Assembly (NCBI GenBank): GCA_965223845.1
Contig: CBDCXR010000004.1
Span: 7,680,001-7,744,000 of the forward strand
Direction of reading: 5' to 3'
DNA length: 64,000 bases
Source of the DNA: Planctomycetota bacterium
GTDB lineage: Bacteria; Planctomycetota; UBA8108; SXIK01
The notes beneath the pieces are model-generated. The model made no database searches and was not told where the DNA came from. It saw only the letters and a program-made list of their open reading frames with translations. The translations under genes and the position numbers were made by a program. This document shows, in pieces, positions 58,746-64,000 of this stretch; positions within the stretch are counted from its first letter, which is position 1, and each line of letters starts with the position of its first letter.

Positions 58746-60220
58746 TGGCGAAAGCCGACGAGAAAAAGACCCAACTCGCGATCGTGGACGAGCCGGCAGA
58801 AGCCGAGACGTCGTTTCCGCGCGAGCCGGAGCCCGCGTCCGACGAAAGCGACCGCAGCTCGGACGATTCCTTGGGGCGCGTTCTCATCGTCGACGATGAT
58901 CCGCACCACGCCGAGAGCACCGCCGACGTCCTCAGCACGGTGGGATACCGGTGCGACACGGCCGGGAGCGCAGAAGCTGCGCTCGAGCGGCTCCGCGAAC
59001 GCGAGTACGACCTCGTCCTCACCGATCTCGTCCTCGGCGATTTAGACGGTATGGAGGTCCTTCGCGGTGCGCTCCAGATCAATCCTCTCATCGCGGTCAT
59101 CGTCTTCACCGGCCACGCGACGGTCGAGACCGCGGTCGAAGCGTTGAAGCGCGGCGCGGTCGATTACCTCATGAAGCCGCTCAACATCGACGGTCTTCGC
59201 ATCCGCGTGAAGAAGGCGCTCGAGCGGCAGGAGCTCGTCCGCATCAACCGCGACCTCGAGAAGCGCCTCGACAGCAAGTTCGGTTTTGAAGGCATCATCG
59301 GCAACAGCGAGCCGATGCGCGAGACGATCGAGCTCATGAAGCAGATCGTCGACACGGATGTCTCGGTGCTGATCACCGGCGAGAACGGTACCGGGAAGGA
59401 GCTGATCGCGCGCGCGATTCACGAGAACAGCGGCCGGCGTCACCGCGCGCTCGTTCCGCTCAACTGCGCGGCTCTCTCCTCGCAGCTGGTCGAAAGCGAA
59501 CTCTTCGGGCACGAGAAGGGAGCGTTCACCGGCGCGCAGAACCAAAAGAAGGGGCGGTTCGAGTTCGCGAACCACGGGACGCTCTTTCTCGACGAGGTGG
59601 GGGACATCCCGATCGACACCCAGGTCAAGCTCCTCCGCGTGCTCGAGTCGGGCGAGGTGATGCGCGTCGGATCCAACGAGGTGATCCGCGTCGATGTTCG
59701 GTTGATTTCGGCGACGAACCGCGACCTCGAGCAACTCATCGCCGAGGGGAAGTTTCGCGAGGACCTCTACTACCGACTCAAGGTGGTGACGATCCACCTT
59801 CCGCCGCTCCGCGATCGCGGTCCCGACATCACGCTTCTCATCGACCACTTCGTCCGCGAGTTCGCGCGAATCTACAAGAAGCCGATCACCGGGATTACGC
59901 GCGAGGCGATCACCGTGCTTCAGACCTACCGCTGGCCGGGGAACGTACGCGAACTGAAGCACGCGGTTGAGAACATGGTGGTCGTCTCCCGCGGTCCGGT
60001 GCTCGGGGTCGACAGCCTGCCGCAGAGCATTCACCGCGCCGAGAAGGTCGCGAGCGTCGGGCTCGGGTCGATCGTGGGAATGACCAGCGAGGAGCTCGAC
60101 CGGGAGCACGTCCGGCTCACGCTCGAGCACGTCGGGGGAAATCGCCAGGCGGCCGCGAAGATGCTCGGCATCGGAGAGCGGACGCTGTACCGTAAGCTGA
60201 ATCGCTACGGGCTGTCGTGA
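58745..60220 (+). CDS. NtrC-family sigma54 response regulator
   Basis: Receiver (LIVDDD, DLVLTD, KP), GENGTGKE, ESELFGHEKGAFTGA, WPGNVREL, Fis HTH; TGATG coupling to the kinase. Confidence 0.95.
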   Translation: MAKADEKKTQLAIVDEPAEAETSFPREPEPASDESDRSSDDSLGRVLIVDDDPHHAESTADVLSTVGYRCDTAGSAEAALERLREREYDLVLTDLVLGDLDGMEVLRGALQINPLIAVIVFTGHATVETAVEALKRGAVDYLMKPLNIDGLRIRVKKALERQELVRINRDLEKRLDSKFGFEGIIGNSEPMRETIELMKQIVDTDVSVLITGENGTGKELIARAIHENSGRRHRALVPLNCAALSSQLVESELFGHEKGAFTGAQNQKKGRFEFANHGTLFLDEVGDIPIDTQVKLLRVLESGEVMRVGSNEVIRVDVRLISATNRDLEQLIAEGKFREDLYYRLKVVTIHLPPLRDRGPDITLLIDHFVREFARIYKKPITGITREAITVLQTYRWPGNVRELKHAVENMVVVSRGPVLGVDSLPQSIHRAEKVASVGLGSIVGMTSEELDREHVRLTLEHVGGNRQAAAKMLGIGERTLYRKLNRYGLS

Positions 60221-60278
60221 CGGGCCGCTCCGGGCGTGACCCCACCGCGCGGCGAAGCGTCGGGGTGCGCGCGCTGCG

Positions 60279-60337
60279 CTGCCAGCCTGGCAGTTGGATA
60301 GCCTCGAGAGCCCCCGGCGGAGCCTGTCATTTTGACG
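60279..60337. promoter_or_regulatory. Candidate enhancer (UAS) pair
   Basis: Palindromes CTGCCAGCCTGGCAG (60279-60293) and CTGTCATTTTGACG (60324-60337) upstream of the sigma54 promoter. Confidence 0.55.
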
Positions 60338-60414
60338 GCTGCGCTCGGTTCGGACGCGGCCGCCGTCTTTTTAAGTCATTTGAATATAATGGGTTGCGTG
60401 GTGTCCGCGTCTTG

Positions 60415-60430
60415 CGGAACGAGGTTTGCT
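60415..60430 (+). promoter_or_regulatory. sigma54 -24/-12 promoter CGGAACGAGGTTTGCT
   Basis: GG-N10-GC with ACG and TTGCT; about 190 nt upstream of dnaK. Confidence 0.65.
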
Positions 60431-60618
60431 TTTCTCACTGGCGACGTGTCCCGGTGCCCGATTGCCAAGCGAAGCGGGTTTCGGGGCGAGACTGGGTTTG
60501 TCCAGACCGGGCAGTAACGGGCCGAAATGAGAAACATTGAGTCCCGTCGGCTGAGCACAAGGAACCGCTGAGCTCGCGAGACCGCAAGTCGACGCCGGAC
60601 GGGTGAAGGAGGTAATCC

Positions 60619-62553
60619 ATGTCGAAGATCATCGGAATCGATCTCGGAACGACGAACTCCGTCGTCGCCGTCATGGAGGGTTCGGAGCCGAACGTGATCC
60701 CGAATGCCGACGGGCAGCGCGTCACGCCGTCCGTCGTCGCGTTCACCGATAAGGGGCGACTCGTCGGGACGACGGCGAAGCGCCAGGGCGTCACGAATCC
60801 CGTGCGGACGATCTACTCGATCAAGCGCTTCATGGGGCGCCGGCACAACGAAGTCGAGTCGGACGAGCGACGCGTTCCGTACAAGCTGGTCGGAGCTAGC
60901 GATGACCTCGTGAAGGTCGAGATCGACGGGAAGGAACACACGCCGCCGCAGATCTCTGCGATGATCCTCGGCTACTTGAAGGAGGCGGCGGAAGCCTATC
61001 TCGGCACGAAGGTCGAGAAGGCCGTGATCACCGTCCCGGCCTACTTCAACGACGGTCAGCGCCAGGCCACGAAGGACGCGGGTGCGATCGCGGGACTTCA
61101 GGTCGAGCGGATCATCAACGAGCCGACCGCGGCCGCGCTCGCCTACGGACTCAAGGAGCGCCCGGCCGGATCGAAGATCGCGGTCTTCGACCTCGGCGGT
61201 GGTACCTTCGATGTTTCCATCCTCGAAGTCGACGAGGGCTTCTTTAAGGTGCTCTCGACGAACGGCGACACCCAGCTCGGTGGCGACGACTTCGACGAGG
61301 TCGTCCTCGACTACATCGCGGACGAATTCCGCAAGGAGCAGGGGATCGACCTCCGGCAGGATCATATGGCGCTCCAGCGGCTCAAGGAGGCGTCGGAGAA
61401 GGCCAAGTGCGAGCTCTCGAGCAAGGTGGCGACCGATGTCAACTTGCCGTTCATCACAGCGGATCAATCGGGACCGAAGCACCTCCAGATCGAAGTTTCG
61501 CGTGCGAAGTACGAGCAGCTGATCAAAGACACGCTCGAGCGCTGCCGTGAGCCGTGCGAACTCGCGCTCAAGGACGCGGGACTCAGTGCGGAACAGATCG
61601 ACGACGTCGTTCTCGTCGGCGGCTCGACGCGCGGTCCGCTCGTTCAGGCGCTCGTGAAGGAGATCTTCAAGCGCGATCCGAACCGTTCGGTCAACCCCGA
61701 CGAAGTCGTCGCGCTCGGTGCGGCCATCCAAGGCGGGATCCTCCAGGGCGACGAGACGCTTAAGGATGTTCTCCTCCTCGACGTGACTCCACTCTCTCTC
61801 GGTGTCGAGACCTACGGCGGCGTCATGACGCGGCTCATCGAGCGGAACACCACGATCCCGACGCAGAAATCGGAGACATTCACGACGGCGTCCGACAACC
61901 AAGCCGCGGTCGACATCAAGATCTGGCAGGGCGAACGCGAAATGGCGCAGGACAACCGGCTCCTCGGAACGTTCGTTCTCCAGGGGATCGCCCCGGCCCC
62001 GCGCGGCGTCCCGAAGATCGAGGTGACGTTCGATATCGATGCGAACGGAATCCTGAACGTGGGCGCGAAGGATCTCGGCACGGGCAAGGAGCAGTCGATC
62101 CGCATCGAGTCCTCGAGCGGCCTCAGCAAGGACGAAGTCGAGCGCATGCGCTCCGAGGCGGAGGCGAACGCCGAGAAGGACAAGGAAAAGCGCGAGGTGA
62201 TCGAGCTCAAGAACTCCTCGGAGCAGCTCGTCTATCAGATCGAGCAACAGCTCGGAGAGAACTCGGGCGCGATTCCCGACGATCTCCGGGCGAAGGTCGG
62301 CGTCGCGATCGATCGACTGAAGTCGGCGCGCGGCAGCGACGACGTAAACGGCATGCGTTCGGCGCAGACGGAGCTGAACGGGCTCCTGCAGGAGATCGGG
62401 AAGTCGGTCTACGAGAAGGCGGGCGCGGGTGCGGCGTCGGCTGGTGCTGCTGCGGACACCGAAGGTGAAAGCTCGAGCGCGGATGCGGGAACGCAAGGCA
62501 CGAGCGGCGACGACGAAAACGTGATCGACGCCGACTACGAGGTTAAGAACTGA
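60619..62553 (+). CDS. dnaK: Chaperone DnaK (Hsp70)
   Basis: [38 protein letters not shown]-terminal VIDADYE; AAGGAGGT SD. Confidence 0.99.
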   Translation: MSKIIGIDLGTTNSVVAVMEGSEPNVIPNADGQRVTPSVVAFTDKGRLVGTTAKRQGVTNPVRTIYSIKRFMGRRHNEVESDERRVPYKLVGASDDLVKVEIDGKEHTPPQISAMILGYLKEAAEAYLGTKVEKAVITVPAYFNDGQRQATKDAGAIAGLQVERIINEPTAAALAYGLKERPAGSKIAVFDLGGGTFDVSILEVDEGFFKVLSTNGDTQLGGDDFDEVVLDYIADEFRKEQGIDLRQDHMALQRLKEASEKAKCELSSKVATDVNLPFITADQSGPKHLQIEVSRAKYEQLIKDTLERCREPCELALKDAGLSAEQIDDVVLVGGSTRGPLVQALVKEIFKRDPNRSVNPDEVVALGAAIQGGILQGDETLKDVLLLDVTPLSLGVETYGGVMTRLIERNTTIPTQKSETFTTASDNQAAVDIKIWQGEREMAQDNRLLGTFVLQGIAPAPRGVPKIEVTFDIDANGILNVGAKDLGTGKEQSIRIESSSGLSKDEVERMRSEAEANAEKDKEKREVIELKNSSEQLVYQIEQQLGENSGAIPDDLRAKVGVAIDRLKSARGSDDVNGMRSAQTELNGLLQEIGKSVYEKAGAGAASAGAAADTEGESSSADAGTQGTSGDDENVIDADYEVKN

Positions 62554-62585
62554 CCCGATCGGGTTGAGGCTGACTTTCACACACC

Positions 62586-62628
62586 ACGCGGCGCCGTTCG
62601 ATCCCCGTGATCGACCGGCGCCGCGTTT
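62586..62628 (+). terminator. Probable terminator after dnaK
   Basis: ACGCGGCGCCG...CGGCGCCGCGT stem followed by a short T run. Confidence 0.55.
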
Positions 62629-62809
62629 CGTAGGCACGGCACGACAAAACGCGCCGTCGCGGCGAGAGTGGAAGATGCGAAGGCGCGATCTCCGCATTAT
62701 CATCCCTATTGAATCGAGTTTCTCGCCGCTGCCACGCGGAGTTCGCCGCTGCGCGGTTCCGCGCGCCGGCAGCGCGTGAGGGCCTCGGAAAAAAGGGGGC
62801 GGTGCACAC

Positions 62810-62825
62810 GGGAACGGCGATTGCC
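62810..62825 (+). promoter_or_regulatory. Possible sigma54 promoter GGGAACGGCGATTGCC
   Basis: GG-N10-GC with the same GGAACG-N4-TTGC core as the dnaK promoter. Confidence 0.4.
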
Positions 62826-63307
62826 TTTGGATCCGGACCGTCCCCGCTCCGCCTCGACCGACCGCGATCCGTACGGTCTCAACGGCGCTCGTTCGCAGAA
62901 CGCGATGCGCTGGGGTTTCGTCCCGCGCGCCCGGGGCCGGGATCGCGCTCAGATCTGAACGTTGCAAGAGCGGCAAGCGAAACGGAAGCGAGCGTTCGCA
63001 CTAGGGCTTCGAGTCGTTCGCCGAGCGGAGCGTACCTACTGGCACGCGAGCATTCGCGGAACGGCCCGAAGGCAGCTGCGGCTGGCTGCTCGCCGACCGA
63101 AAGCGAATCTTGCCGCGAGGCTTTTGCCACGTTGGGGTCAAGTCGGAGTTCCTTCAGGTTCGATAACACACGTAGCCCGGCCTCCTCACCCAGTGGGGTG
63201 AGCGTAGAGGCGAGCCGCCGCGCGCGACGTAGGACCGAGCGCGACCCGCGCAACGCGGCGGGAAATCGAGGAGCGAGCGAGCCGGGCCCCCCAGGAGGTT
63301 TGCGCCG

Positions 63308-64000
63308 ATGTTGGATGTCCGCCGGGTCTACAACCTGATCGAGAAGAGTGTCGATCTCACGAGCTACCGCGAGCTTCACTGGACCGGTTCCTTCAACGAC
63401 TACCTGAATCTCGTTATCGAGACGCCGCGCGTCTGCCGGAACGCGTACCAGCGTCTCTACGACATGGTCATGTCGTACGGGACCGTCGAGTACAAGCTCA
63501 TGAAGGAGCACATGGTTCACTACAACTTCTTCGATGATCCCATCGGAGGAGGACACGACGCGGTCTTCGGACTCGACGCGCCGCTCATGCGACTCGTCGG
63601 TCACATCAAATCCGCTGCGCACGGCTACGGCACCGAGCGCCGCGTGCTTCTTCTTCACGGACCGGTAGGAAGCGCCAAGTCGACGATCGCGCGCCTCCTC
63701 AAGAAGGGTCTCGAAGAATACTCGCGGACTCCGGGTGGCGCGCTCTACTCATTCCGCTGGCGCATTCCCGACGGTCCGGACGCCGGCGTGCACGACTGCC
63801 CGATGCGCGAAGATCCGCTTCGCCTCATCCCCGAGGAGTCGCGGCGGAAGGTGCTCGGTGAGCTGAACGAGCAGATCGACGGCGGCTACCAGGTCCGCGT
63901 CGAGGGCGCTCCGTGCCCCTTCTGTCGCTATTACTACAATGCGCTCCTCAAGCAGTACGAAGGGGATTGGTCGCGGATGACGGAGCACGTCGAGGTCTAC
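63308..64000 (+). CDS. prkA: PrkA/YeaG serine protein kinase (AAA+), 5' part (runs off window end)
   Basis: Manual translation from ATG 63308 (AGGAGG SD): ...WTGSFNDYL...RNAYQRLYDMV...ERRVLLLHGPVGSAKSTIARLLKKGLEEYS...CPMREDPL. Not in the ORF track. Confidence 0.92.
   Translation, partial: MLDVRRVYNLIEKSVDLTSYRELHWTGSFNDYLNLVIETPRVCRNAYQRLYDMVMSYGTVEYKLMKEHMVHYNFFDDPIGGGHDAVFGLDAPLMRLVGHIKSAAHGYGTERRVLLLHGPVGSAKSTIARLLKKGLEEYSRTPGGALYSFRWRIPDGPDAGVHDCPMREDPLRLIPEESRRKVLGELNEQIDGGYQVRVEGAPCPFCRYYYNALLKQYEGDWSRMTEHVEVY

Noticed and set aside
60376-62976. 866-aa antisense ORF over dnaK, and similar shadow ORFs at 5502-7424, 37111-38967 and 39558-41210
   Set aside because: Long antisense frames are a common by-product of high-GC codon bias; no protein motifs.
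63040-63057. TGGCACG sigma54 -24 match before prkA
   Set aside because: No GC at the -12 position (GG-N10-TT).
1-64000. CRISPR arrays, IS elements, prophage genes, rRNA
   Set aside because: No regularly spaced direct repeats or transposase, integrase, phage or rRNA signatures were seen by eye.

Overview
High-GC bacterial chromosomal window, most consistent with a Planctomycetota genome (TPR protein with two RNAP alpha-CTDs, Planctomycete-type ECF sigma next to a Ser/Thr kinase, dockerin-like FIRGDCNGDG module, DUF1573 proteins); this taxonomy is inferred. No mobile element, CRISPR array or rRNA was seen. Contents: pcrA/uvrD (partial), ruvA, tRNA-His, three Ser/Thr kinase genes, fabI, an arginine operon (argB-argH-argG-DUF1611-like-argC-argD-argF'), truD, an RpoD-family sigma factor, three sigma54 enhancer-binding proteins, ndk, an NFACT/RqcH protein, dnaK and prkA/yeaG (partial). 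Strongest candidates for new biology: (1) a two-gene operon with a coiled-coil protein and an actin resembling haloarchaeal volactin rather than MreB; (2) an Arg-rich leader ORF ahead of an arg operon that lacks argA/argJ but carries a DgcN/DUF1611-like gene; (3) sigma54 circuits readable from the DNA, with -24/-12 promoters before dnaK and the RpoD-like gene, palindromic enhancer candidates and a recurring TAAG-N18-TTG motif. Family assignments come from recalled motifs, not from database searches.
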